Shown: in pieces, positions 51,331 through 63,610 of the stretch
How positions within the stretch are numbered: position 1 is the stretch's first letter
How the letters are laid out: each line of letters begins with the position of its first letter
From: Chiloscyllium plagiosum
Lineage: Eukaryota
Direction of reading: 5' to 3'
Assembly: GCF_004010195.1 (NCBI RefSeq)
Contig: NC_057720.1
Location: forward strand, 72,530,893 to 72,594,892
DNA: 64,000 nt
Translations under genes and position numbers: made by a program
The notes under the pieces: model-generated
What the model was told of the DNA's origin: nothing
Databases searched by the model: none
What the model saw: only the letters and a program-made list of their open reading frames with translations

Positions 51331-53209
51331 CTTAAAGTGCAATTCTCTCAGCCAATTGAAAGCCTGTCAGCTCTTCAGTTTCAGTGGAAAATGCTGGGAC
51401 TACAGCATTTTGTGAACCAACCATCCTGGAGCAATGTAGGAGCGTGGCAACGTGAGGGTAGGAATCGTTGAGGGTGGGAAAGCTCGTGAGGATAGGGTTT
51501 TGCTTCCTGCAGGGTTGGTTCGTGCTGCCGGAGGAGGAAAGCCCATGTGTCACAGTTTTCCCAATAAGGAAGTTGACGAGTTTTACTGGATGGCCTCCCT
51601 GTCATCTCTTTCCACCTCCACCCCAGCCCAAGCTCCACCTTCACATCCCTCCCTACCCCTTCTGCTGCTTGTAAAATGTCAGCAGGAATAGGAAGAGGCT
51701 ATTACCTTGCAGTGGTGACGTTGCCACTGGGAGCTGGATGAGAATAGGCATGGCACCTCCTGTATCCTCCTGTATTCTATCCAGCCAACTTCCATATGAG
51801 GTAACACATCATGGCCACTTTATTCCATATCTCAAAGTAGCGTATTATTAAATGATTTGTATTGTCACCACAGTAAATGTAATCAAAAATGCTGTTTGAT
51901 TTCAGTATAGCTATCTTTCAGTAGCAGACAAATCCTCTGTTAGAACCGTACTGTGGCTGAGATGATTTATATTAACATCTGTTTGAAGGAGATAGGGAGC
52001 AGCTTTTGACTCAGCAGATTTCTTTTCTTCATTTTCTAACATATTTATGGGAGAGCTCTTTATCTTTGTGGCTCATGATGTCAATTTTTTTTGTGACACT
52101 GCATTCAGGTTGCTTATTTTAAATGTTTGTGGAAGCTATCTTCTGTCCTCTTATTAATTTGCTTGGATTTTCCAATTTCTAATATTTTAGAGCTGCCATT
52201 ATCTCATTTAAAATAAATTTGGCCATGGACGATGGTAAATAATGACAATTGAAGGATCTAAATGATGATGTTCATTGTTACAATAGCCAATGTTCTTGCT
52301 TCGTCTTCACATCACTTTCATTAATTTATGTACCTATATCCTGAACTGTTTTATTGGTCAGTGTGTGATGCTGGCAACATGTTCTAATAACCCGAAAGGG
52401 TGGGAAAACAGGTGGAAGAATAAGGTATAACAAAATTGACTAGCAGTTCTTTCATCTTTTTGATGAGAAGTGCTAACCAGTTGCTATACGATAGGAGGAA
52501 GGCCTTGATGTTCAAATGAAAATATTTCTGACAAGGTTTCTCTGTTGCCCTTCTGCGCCTGTCCAAGTTGAAATTAGGGTCTGAAATTCCACTCTTGTGT
52601 GTTCCTGGTCCAGTTGAACGTTGGACACAGGATTTAAAATCAGGTATGGTATTGCTCTATCAGCGTGTGCCAGTCCTCCATTTCCCTCCAGGACCATCGG
52701 AGCACTGGTACTCCCTGTTGCAAAATACGCACTTGATTATTCTGTGGATACGTCCTCCATGTTTCGGAAATTGGAGTGATTCCAAGATGGAAATCCTCAG
52801 TGTCTTCCTCACCCCTTCCGGTCATTACTTTAATGGGCTTAAAATCTTTTTTTTTGTGTGCTTTAGTCTGTTGGTATATTTTGGAGTGCTCATTTTTGAT
52901 TTTTGTTCAGGTACCAGATGATAGGATGCCAACAGTCCCTTGGAAGTATCGCTGTTTTTGTTAAGGATTTCTTTTCCTCTTTCTAAGCTGGATAGCGTGG
53001 ATCTCCAGAGAATTCTCCATAATGACATGCCTGTATGAAAGGTAGGCTGGTTCACAGATCCAGAGGGATCTTCCTTAGTATGTCACAGGAAACCTGTTGA
53101 TAGAGGCCACCAGGAAGTTGGCACTGACACCTCAAGGTGGCATCTTGTTGTCCTGTCAGAAGGAGCTCAAGCATCATGACACTAGATTGGCACTCGGTAA
53201 TAATGCTTA

Positions 53210-53314
53210 CTTAGGAGAAAGTGAGGACTGCAGGTGCTGGAGATCAGAGTCAAGAGTGTGGTTCTGAAAAAGTACAGCCACTCAGGCTGCATCCAAGGAG
53301 CAGGAGAATCGATC
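53210..53314 (-). mobile_element. Penelope pLTR-derived insertion with 11-bp TSD
   Basis: TSD aataatgctta at 53199-53209 and 53315-53325. The sense 5' end (tcgattctcc) lies within a few nt of the predicted cleavage site. Confidence 0.85.
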
Positions 53315-53369
53315 AATAATGCTTATTTGTAGAGGCTGTGCAGATTAAATGGGCCAAAAGGCCTCCTCT

Positions 53370-53790
53370 TACATTATATGAAGTCTGTAATCAGTGATGG
53401 CTGTGTGAATTATTTTACAAACTCCATTACTTAAGGAACTTTCTATGACCATGCTCATATTTTCGGATCTATCCCGAAATTCATAATTGGCAATTTGACA
53501 CTGCCCCCATCTCCAATTGCCCAGTTGGGAATTATAGACAATTGCTCTTTCCCCTCCAAACTCCATCTAGAACTGTCCATTTCTCTTATCCTTACAATAT
53601 AATATTGTACACTGTCTAAATCTAGTTACCATGTCGATGAAATGCAAAATGAAAATTTTATTTTTCCTTATCTCTCTCAGTTTCAAGTCCATTACCACAA
53701 TTTTATGGATGGCATGTGCCAGTTGATGTGATGGTGTCTTCCTGTATTTTTTCATATGCCACATTTATCATTGATTGCTTCTATAGCATA
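53370..53790 (-). pseudogene. Degraded LTR-retrotransposon integrase (Copia-like)
   Basis: KKYRKTP..VVMDLK...IFILHFIDMVTRF and ANYEFRDRSENM..ESSLSNGVCKIIH are rve-type DDE segments split over frames. Confidence 0.6.
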
Positions 53791-54574
53791 CTTAGTTAAC
53801 CCTGTTCTTCCATTTAGGAAAACTCATTACGTGATGAGATTTTGAGTCACATCTGAAAACCTGTTGACCATTTCCCAGATATTCATGGGGTATGCTGTTC
53901 TGTTATAGTTCCCCAATTCCTGTCATCTGTCATAGTTGCTGAAGAAGTCTCTATTCTCGGATTTTGGGTTTAATACTTCCTTTATGTTAATATTTGCAAC
54001 TCTAATTGTGAAAGTCTCAGAATATTGCTATCATGAAATCTTCCATTTTTTTGTGTTTTTGATGAACGCCCCTGTTGTTTTCCCAGGATTCACTTTTAAG
54101 GCTACCAGTATCTAATACAAAAGCAAGTTTTCAAAAGGAATCATAATTTCAGTTAATACTGGGAGTCTATCCATTGCTCAACATGTTGCCGCAATCCAAT
54201 AACTTACAGCAAGCACTGAATCAGAATCTTCAAGTCGCATGCTTATAATATTACATACAGTCTGTTAAATTCCATTATTTCTTCTCTACAAAATAACCAT
54301 CATTCTTTCTAAATGTATAAAGGTTTGATTGTGCCTCATATGCATTTAATATTTCAACTTCCTGATAAATTCTATAATTTCCAAACTTTCCTCAGTATCC
54401 AACGTTTTATCCGATCCTGCTTCTAGTATGAAGGGCAATGCTTCAGGTCAGACCTGACCCTTCTCCCTGGTAAAGTCACAACCCACGTCTGTATATCCAC
54501 TTGATTTTGCTATTCACAGTGGAAAATCAAAGCCCAACACCTTATTCTTGATTTCAGCCATTGTTCTTCAAGGT

Positions 54575-55250
54575 AACCCCCTTGGAGTGCAGGTACATAA
54601 AGTAGAAAGTAGAGTCGCAGGTAGATAGGATCGTGAAGAAGGCGTTGGGATGCTTTCCTTTATTGGTCAGAGTATTGAGTACAGGGTTGGGAGGTCATGT
54701 TGCGGCTGTACAGGATGTTAGTTAGGCCACCTTTGGAATGTTGCTTGTGATTCTGGTCTCCTTCCTATCAGAAGGGTGTTGTGAAATTTGAAAGGGTTCA
54801 GAAAAGATTACAAAGATGTTGCCAGAGTTGGAATATTTGAGCTATAGGGAGAGGCTGAATAGGCTGGGGCTGTTTTCCCTGGAGTGTCAGAGGCTGAGGG
54901 GTGACCTTATAGAGGTTTATAAATCATGAGGGGCATGAATAGGATAAATAGACAATGTCTTTTCCCTGGGATGGGGAAGTCCTGTTCTAGATGGCATAAG
55001 TTTAGAGTGTGAGGCGAAAGATATAAAAGGGGCCTAAGGGGCAACTTTTTCACGCAGAGGGTGGTGCATGTATGATATGAGCTGCCAGGGGAAGTGGTGG
55101 AGATGGTACAATTGCAACATTTAAAAGGCATCTAGATGGGAAGGGTTTAGAGGGTTATGGGCCAAGTGCTGGCAAATGGGACTAGATTGGGTTGGGCTAT
55201 CTGGTTGGCATGGACGAGTTGGTTCCATGCTATTTACTCTATGACTCTAT
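54575..55250 (+). mobile_element. CR1-like LINE 3' fragment
   Basis: cttggagtgcaggtacat...ggcaactttttcacgcagagggtgg, with a (gactctat)n tail. Confidence 0.9.
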
Positions 55251-58049
55251 AACTTTCATTCCAACATTCTGTCTGAAAGAAATTTTATTTCCCAATCTAA
55301 GGAAATTTAGGAATAAATTTAAAAATAAGATTTAAATTTTAAAATAAGGGAATTCCAAATTGGACAATCATTCTCTGCTGCAAATGTTACAAGATTCCAA
55401 ACTAGTTAGTGAGGTCCAGATCTCAGTGCACAGCTTTTCTTTGTGGAGAATGTGTTGACTTGAACAGTCCTACAGCTCTCATCTAACAGTCTAGTGTCAA
55501 AGCTGGTCCCTATTTATATGTTCCTATAGCCAATTAGTATCACAATCTGTTTCTCTTGACCATAACAATGACAGTTACGAAATTGTAATAGTGCAATTGA
55601 TTTGACATTAACACTGCATAGTGGTTACGTAGTGTTGCCCATCTGGTGAATAGGGGTGCTCTGCTGATGTTTGGCACAAATTGGGTGACTCTCTTTGCAC
55701 CTTTCTCATTCAGTTGCATGTCCTCTTAACAGTTCCTGAAACAAAGTGAGTACTGTACCATTCACTGTCTTTTGTGTGGAATGAGTTTTGCTGTTTGATT
55801 TCCTTTCACTTTATTTCTGCCTGACACTTCTCCTCCCTCGGCTGAACTTGACCTCCACTTACAATTCTTTCAATATCCTTGCAAAACCTGATAGTGAGTC
55901 TCATATGGAGATAAAGTTAAGCTCACATGTGCCTACAATTTGGACTAGTTTCACAGAAATTTCTGATGCTGTATTGGGTGCATTTATTTAACAATTATAA
56001 AACTTCACTGGATACAAATGTGATCATTCCAATAAGCTGGAGTGAATGTCCTCGGGTAATGAGTGTAACTGCCCACTTTAACAGGGATTGTTTGTTTTTT
56101 ACTAAATTATATTATTCATTTTTGTACTAAATTCACATTAATTGTTCATAGCTTTGGCTTAGTGTATGTTCTTTTTCCTACTAATTTCCTGTTTTTTTAG
56201 TCAGGTTGTTTAGATATTCTACTCTAGTTACTCTCTTGTTGGGCTGAGTTAAAGAATTATATATTGCAATTGACATCTTGCTTTTCAATGAAAAGCTCAA
56301 AAGATACAGTTGGATTTATTTTAATGGATGAAGTAAAGAACTGGGTATGGGAATATTTGAGTCACCTCAGGAAGCTCATTTGAACAAGATGAGCATAGTC
56401 AGTTACATATTGGTAATGCTTGCATTTATTTAGTGTTTTATTATGTTATTATCTTTGTAGCATTTTGATTCACACGATGAATCACTTTGAACAGTGGTGA
56501 GTCTTGCAATGTTGGTTAAGGCCAAGGTCCAGCAGCTTTTCTACACTGGCAATTCTGCATTAGCTGCAGTGAGCCAAATAGCCATTTCATCTGTTGGTTG
56601 GCAGTATCATCTGAGAGAATTGTTTGACCGCTGGACAAAATAATGTTCCTATGGAGAAATGGCAATTTCTTTTAAGTCTTTCCTCCATAATACAGAAAGA
56701 AAAACTTTCAAAGTGGCCATTAGTGATTTGTTTTTCTTTTGTTGATTGATTTCTTCAGCATGTTCCTGTTTGAGTTTCAGTAAGTTTTTATTATCCATTT
56801 AATACAGTCTTTCTGCAACAGATGGCAAATTTAGATCTTTACAGAATAACAGACGGACAAACATAGAAGCTAGCTCATATGGTCTGCTTAATGATGCCTT
56901 ATGTAGCTTATGTAGGACTAGTTTTGTTAGGTTATGTGCCTTAGGTGACTGCTTATGCAGTTGATGTGGATATATTCCCCCTAATGGAAGCATCATTTAA
57001 TAGTCCATATAAAAATAATTAGATTTATTGAAGGAGCTAAATAGTGTATTTCCTATGAAGTACAGTTCTCTGTAAATCAATTTCCATTTTATTTCTTTCT
57101 TATGGTTGTCATAGCTCCCCGAGGGGAAAAGACCCACCTCAAAACAGTTCAGTTTAACAGGATACCTAAAACCTGGGTACGTGTATTTAAAATGTCCACA
57201 TTCTATCAAACTGCTAAGCTAAAGAATTGGAGAAAATGTTCAATAACACTTAAGTGTTAGACAGGTGGTCACCTTCAATAATAATAATGCTAACCATGCA
57301 GGATAACTGCACTCTGAAAAGAAATAAACTCAGGAAAAAAAGACTAATGTGGCTGTAAATGATGAACCACATATGCTATAAGTGAGATGACGAGGATGTT
57401 TGTGACCTTCACAAATCCTGCAGTGTGAATGGTGGTGAAGACCAGGCATGTGAATATATGACAGAAGAGCGAGTATCCAAAACATTCAAAAGCACAGTAC
57501 AGATGTTATACAAGTACCACATCAGTAAATGACAGTAAAAAGGTGGAAACCTTAGTGTGTGGAAACTGTCATGAAACCAAGGATGACATCAAAACAGTAC
57601 ATATTCTGACTAATTACTTGGGGCTGGATTTATAGGCTGGTGGGCTTTCTCACCCTGTCACCTGAAGCGGCAAGAGGAAGTGAATCACCCTTGATGCTGG
57701 CTAACACAAAGTCATTTCGCACTCTGAGAAACATTGACTGAATGCAATCATGTTCTCGATGGACTACATTGGAAGGAAGGAACACAGAAGCATTGAGTCG
57801 GTTGCCTCCGTAGTGTGGAGAATGCAATCATTTTGGATTTACATAAATTATATGAATTTAGAAACTCAACGAAAAGAAAGCAAGCTTTCAGCTGATACCA
57901 GCCAAGTGAACAGTGGAATTACAGGATGATTTTCATAAACTATGTGTGGGCAGTAGGAAGTAATTTTAGTTTGTACAATTGTGAAGTAAAGCAGAAAGGA
58001 AGAAAAAGTAGATGATGTATGGATAACATGAAACATGTTAGGGTAGTTA

Positions 58050-58510
58050 AAGAAAGAGCTTGCATTTATGTACAACCTTGCTTCATGTCCCGATGTCATA
58101 GAGTACCGCATAGCCTGTGAAGTATTTGGATGTGTAATCATATCTGTAACATAAAGAATGACAAAAACCAATTCACATACAGGAAAGTCCCACAGATTGC
58201 AACAAGGTAAATTACTAGACTATCTCTTTTTATTAGTGTTGTCTGAGGGATAATAGTAGGTCAGTACTCCAGAGGAATTCTCCTATTCTTCTTCAAATGA
58301 TTCCATGGGATTTTTTTCATCTTCGGTGATGGCAGTTCGAAACTCTGTTTAATGCTTCCTCCAAAATGTATGGCCCTTGACAATGCAGCACTTCAACAAT
58401 ACTGCTTTGAAGTGTCAACCTAGGTTAATTGCCCTGACACCTGGATTGGGGCATGAACTACCAGTTTCCTGACTTGAGGGTAAGTGCTCTCACTTGCCCA
58501 ACAACTGAGA
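58050..58510 (-). mobile_element. DeuSINE-like (SacSINE1/AmnSINE1-related) ancient SINE
   Basis: ccatgggattttttcatc...ctgtttaatgcttcctccaaaa...gacaatgcagcacttcaacaatactgctttgaagtgtcaacctag resembles the antisense Deu domain. L2-like tail cttgcatttat. Confidence 0.65.
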
Positions 58511-59253
58511 TAATGATACTGAAAATGAAATCAGAACCTTCATGGATTCAACAGGGGACATATCCGACCAGAGCTAATGGAGTATGGTATTACATAGCCA
58601 TAGCTGTACAATATAAGTCAAAAGATGTTATCGTCAAATGTTCTGGAGATATTGCACCTAATTATGGTCAGGAGAAAACAAGGAAGTAATTTAAGCATCT
58701 GCAATAGTAAGTGAAGAGCCTTTAGACTGAGCTTGCAGTACTAAGAGTTTAGTTCTGAACAGCAGAGTGGTTTGAGCTCTCCTGGCGCTATTTAAGGATT
58801 TTGAGAGGTTGAGGAAAGCAAACTTTGTATACTGCTTTCAATGAAAATGCTAGTACAGAAGAAAAGGACACCAGTTTGAATTATGACAAAGTACGTTTAA
58901 GACATGCCCCATTTCCTGTTGACTCATTTTGATATGTTTCCACCTCTAAAATTTGGGGCTTTTTTTTCACAACTCTGTTTTAAACTTTGCAATCAGGTTG
59001 TCGCTCTTGCTCTGAATAGACTGGCATCAAGATAATGAATGATATTTGCTGACATTATGAGGCTGATAAGTGTTCCTTCTGGAAGATGAGCAGTATGGGT
59101 ATGATAAGACACTGATGTCCAGTGCACATAGAGGGATTTCAAACCTCTGCTGTCAGGGTCAAGCTGAACAGTGCATCATTTAAGTAGCCTCATTACTGAG
59201 ATAGATGTCCACTTGCAGGATTGCCTGTTGACATTTAATCCACAAATATCTAA

Positions 59254-59879
59254 TGTTATGGACCAAGCCAGATCCCTTCAAAACATTTCAAGAAGGTAAC
59301 CCAGACCCTGACTTTTCTAGTTGTTTTAAGCAGATGTAAATGGGATAGTCCAGGAGTGATGCAGCTGGTCAGAAGCCCTCAGTTTTAAAGAAAACAGAAT
59401 TTATTCACAGAATGAAACACAAACAATAGAGAACAGAACGCAGAATAACTTAACTTACCCGAAAACCCAACAGACTATCCCAACTTAATGATGATGATCC
59501 AAATGCCCGCAACATTCCCCATAAACACTCCCTTGGCAAAAAAGGTAAAATCAGACACAGGCTCTTACAGGAGAGAGAGAGAGAGATGGTAGAGAGGTTA
59601 AGGATGGAATCTCTTTCCACTGTGCCTGTTTCTTTGGATTCCCCAGCTTAAACTGACCAGCAGCTCTAAACAACCAGACTGTGAAAACCAAACCAAACCA
59701 GAGAAAAGCTGAGCTGGGAGAACTGGCCACTCTCCTTTTATTGTGCAAGTGTTTTTTTTTAAACTTAAAAGTTTCTCCAAGGAGGTAAACCCAGACATTT
59801 TGGAACCCATGACATTATGACCCCTCTGAATAAAAAAACTAAGGACAACATAACCTTATAAAGGAGCAGCATTATCACA
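59254..59879 (-). mobile_element. Solo LTR (626 bp) with 4-bp TSD
   Basis: Ends TGTTAT...ATCACA, with TSD ctaa at 59250-59253 and 59880-59883. AATAAA on the minus strand near 59400, so orientation is tentative. Confidence 0.78.
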
Positions 59880-59974
59880 CTAATGTGAACCCAAAGTCCA
59901 GAGCAAACACCTTGGAATAAGATTAGTAAAGCTAGGAATTTCCATCAAGTAAAAGCCAAAAACTACAGATACTT

Positions 59975-60150
59975 GAAATCTGAAAAAAAAGAGAAAATGC
60001 TGGAGAAGCTCAGGTCTAGCAACATCTGTGAGAGAGGAAAAGATAATCGTTTTGGGTCTGATACGGCTTCTTTAGAATCAAATCAGTCTCGCAATGTTAC
60101 TCTCACCAATGCTGCCAGACCCCCTGAGTTCTCCACCATTTTCTCTTTAG
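59975..60150. mobile_element. Old Penelope-derived inverted-repeat element
   Basis: aaagagaaaatgctggagaagctcaggtctagcaacat and atgctgccagaccccctgagttctccaccattttctcttt form inverted arms. Confidence 0.65.
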
Positions 60151-61129
60151 GAATTTCCTTCTCCAGGTCTCGCACCATTAGTTCAGCTATAATAACACTC
60201 ATTTGCAATAGTGTGAAGCTCTATTTGATCTTTGCCAAATAGTGTCTCAACACTAAAAATACAAAGGGATTTCAGTATTGTACCATAACGAGATTTTCTA
60301 ACACTCAGTCATACCTACTGGCATTTATAATTTTGTTGTGGTCTTATAATCATTGGGAACCAGGAGGAAACTCATCATGTAATACCTCACATTTAAAGAA
60401 AGACATTTTCATCTTATCGGTTTAAACTAGTTTTGGACTCTGCTGAAAATGAGGAACACTATCTAATTTATTGTGCTGATTAGTGTTGTAGTTTAATTTT
60501 TAAGTGAAATTGTAATTTTGGTCACGTACTCATTCAAGCTTTGCTGAATGTTAGAAGTTACAAATTGTTCCAAAAGCTCCTCATAAGGAATGAACGTTAG
60601 CAGACAAATCTCATAATTAAAATCTTGTGCACTCAAAATATGATCCATTTCAACAATTATCTTTTATTCATCATAGCTGCAGGAATTTTTAGAACCAATG
60701 TTGCAGATGTATTTAATGAATATGAAATAAATGATTCCATTTCAATAACATAACATATAATTGAATTTCTACAAAATGCATAAATACTGTAGCTCTAAGA
60801 AGAATATAGATATAAGAAAAGAATGACATAAAGGGATTTTAAGGATTTTATTGAAACATGGTAGAAAATGCAACTGTCAATTTCTACTTACAGTGCAAAG
60901 TTAAAATGGCTGTTACGCCTCGAGTGCTGCATTAGTTTTGGCCTGATGGACAAATAACAATTTATTTAAATAATTTGGTGGCTATGTTGTGTTTAAAGTG
61001 GAGAAGTGATAGAAAATAATATAGAAAATATATATAAGCAGTATATAGGACTAGAAAAGAGGTTCTGTTAGATTGCATGAGGAACTAATCACTAAATTGA
61101 AAAGTAGAAACTCAACAGTAATGATGTCC

Positions 61130-61527
61130 CTTCTAAAAGAGAAAGCATATAATGTGGCGAAGGGCAGGGGGAAACCAGAGGATTGGGAAGCTTACAAAGA
61201 CTAACAGAGGGCCACAAAAAAGAAATGAGGAGGGAGAAAAAAAAATTTAGGGTAAGCTAGCCAGTAATATAAAGGAAGGCACTAAGAGTTTCTTTAGATA
61301 TATAAAGGGCAAAAGACAGGCATTGGGCTGCTGGAAAATGGCGGTGGAGAGATGGTAGTAGGGAACAAGGAAATGGCTGAGGAATTGAATAATTACTTCA
61401 TGGTGGAAGACAGTAATATCCCAAAATTCAAGAGAATGTGGGGGCAGAGCAAAGTATGGTGGCTATCACGAAGGAGAAAGTGCGAGAAAAATTGAATGGC
61501 CTGAAGGTGGATAAATCACCTGGACCA
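61130..61527 (+). mobile_element. CR1-like ORF2 middle fragment ending at KVDKSPGP
   Basis: KLASNIKEGTKSFFRYIKGK...ITKEKVREKLNGLKVDKSPGP. Confidence 0.88.
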
Positions 61528-62027
61528 NNNNNNNNNNNNNNNNNNNNNNNNNNNNNNNNNNNNNNNNNNNNNNNNNNNNNNNNNNNNNNNNNNNNNNNNN
61601 NNNNNNNNNNNNNNNNNNNNNNNNNNNNNNNNNNNNNNNNNNNNNNNNNNNNNNNNNNNNNNNNNNNNNNNNNNNNNNNNNNNNNNNNNNNNNNNNNNNN
61701 NNNNNNNNNNNNNNNNNNNNNNNNNNNNNNNNNNNNNNNNNNNNNNNNNNNNNNNNNNNNNNNNNNNNNNNNNNNNNNNNNNNNNNNNNNNNNNNNNNNN
61801 NNNNNNNNNNNNNNNNNNNNNNNNNNNNNNNNNNNNNNNNNNNNNNNNNNNNNNNNNNNNNNNNNNNNNNNNNNNNNNNNNNNNNNNNNNNNNNNNNNNN
61901 NNNNNNNNNNNNNNNNNNNNNNNNNNNNNNNNNNNNNNNNNNNNNNNNNNNNNNNNNNNNNNNNNNNNNNNNNNNNNNNNNNNNNNNNNNNNNNNNNNNN
62001 NNNNNNNNNNNNNNNNNNNNNNNNNNN
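61528..62027. other. Assembly gap (500 N)
   Basis: Run of N. Confidence 1.
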
Positions 62028-62349
62028 TCCAGCGATGGTCTCCAGCAGCTCTGACGACTTGCAACACGATCCCCGCGGTTTCTCCCCTGCCAGCACACGT
62101 CCGCCGCGTCGAACCCACAGCACTCGAGCAGAATCTCTTCCTCTGGTCCTCAGGAACTACACATATTCTGAGCCAAAAGGCTGAAAAGGATATCATGTTT
62201 AACCAGTCTTTTGGAATTTTCTGGTGAATGATTTTCACTTGCAGGAGTTCACTGTATCAGTGCTAATGTACCACCTGTATAGATGAGGTGACTGCATCTG
62301 GCAAGTGGAGTCCTGCAGGGGTCTGTGCTGGGACCCAGGCATGGTAGCT

Positions 62350-62350
62350 T

Positions 62351-62381
<31 letters not shown>
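62350..62381. repeat. (TG)12(CG)4 microsatellite
   Basis: Direct reading. Confidence 0.95.
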
Positions 62382-62619
62382 ATTGGTTGAGTTTTGTTTA
62401 ACAAATGAAATACTTTATAACACAATATGTGATATTTTGCCAGAGCCGCTGGTTTAGTTGACATAAAAATTGATTCCATTCTTAGATTTTGAATTAGTGC
62501 TTTGAAGGTCGAACCCATGAAAGCTACAAACGAATGACTAGATATTTATTGACCACCTATTTACTGGTGTATTTAATGTATATCGATTGTCTCTTTAATT
62601 AAAAAAAAAGACGTGATTA

Positions 62620-63610
62620 GGAAACAAAGGAAAAGAAGATGGTTGTCCTTGTATCCAAGTTGCTACAAGTAAGCATGCAGGTGGGAAGAAGAGGGTTCAA
62701 GTACAGGAGCAGAAATGCATTTTTGCAATTGCAGAGGACTTTGATGAGACCACTCAGGGAATGTTGTGTGCAGTTATAATCTACTTATCTGATGAATAAT
62801 ATTTTGGCTTTGGAAGGATTGCAATGAAGGGTTACCAGACTGATTCCTGGAATGGCTCGACTGACACATGAAAAGAGATTGGATCGGTTATGGCTATATT
62901 CAATGGAGTTTAGAAGAATGAAAGAAATGAACCTATAACATTCCAACAGGGCCAGACGTGTTAAAAGCAGGAAGGATGGCCCAATGACTGAGGAGCCCGG
63001 AACCATGGTTAAGGATGTGGGATGGGCTATTTACAAATGAGATGAGGAGTAATTTCTTCACCCAGAGAGATTAGATTAGATTAGATTAGATTACATTACA
63101 GTGTGGAAACAGGCCCTTCGGCCCAACAAGTCCACACCGACCCGCCACTCACCCATACCCCTACATTTACCCCTTACTTAACACTACGGGCAATTTAGCA
63201 TGGCCAATTCACCTGACCTGCACATCTTTGGACTGTGGGAGGAAACCGGAGCACCCGGAGGAAACCCACGCAGACACGGGGAGAACGTGCGAACTCCACA
63301 CAGTCAGTGGCCTGAGGTGGGAATTGAACCCGGGTCTCCGGTGCTGTGAGGCAGCATGCTAAACACTGTGCCACCGTGCTGCCCACAAGTGGTGAGTCTG
63401 TGGAATTCTCTGCCACTGAACACATGGGAGGTCAAAACATTGAATGTTTTTGAAGAGGAGTTAGATGTAGTTGATAGGGCCAAAGGGATCAAAAAGTATG
63501 GGAAGAAACTGGAAATTAGGTACTGAATTGGATGATCAGCCTTGGTCTTATTGAATGGTGAAGCAGCCTTAAGGCGCTGAATGGTTGACTCATCCTATTT
63601 TCTACATTTC
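62620..63610 (+). mobile_element. Degraded CR1-like 3' fragment interrupted by an HE1 SINE
   Basis: tattcaatggagtttagaagaatga...ttcttcacccagaga[SINE]gtggtgagtctgtggaattctctgcca. Confidence 0.82.
63070..63384 (-). mobile_element. HE1-type V-SINE, young
   Basis: (attag)4 tail, V-domain and tRNA head. Confidence 0.95.

Noticed and set aside
51026-51342. Mirror-image ORFs on both strands
   Set aside because: A consequence of the palindrome, with no coding evidence.
57180-57600. Possible host exon in non-repeat sequence
   Set aside because: No sustained ORF, convincing splice pair or recognisable protein motif.
61428-62238. Long ORFs of 210-248 aa
   Set aside because: They run through an N gap and are artefacts.
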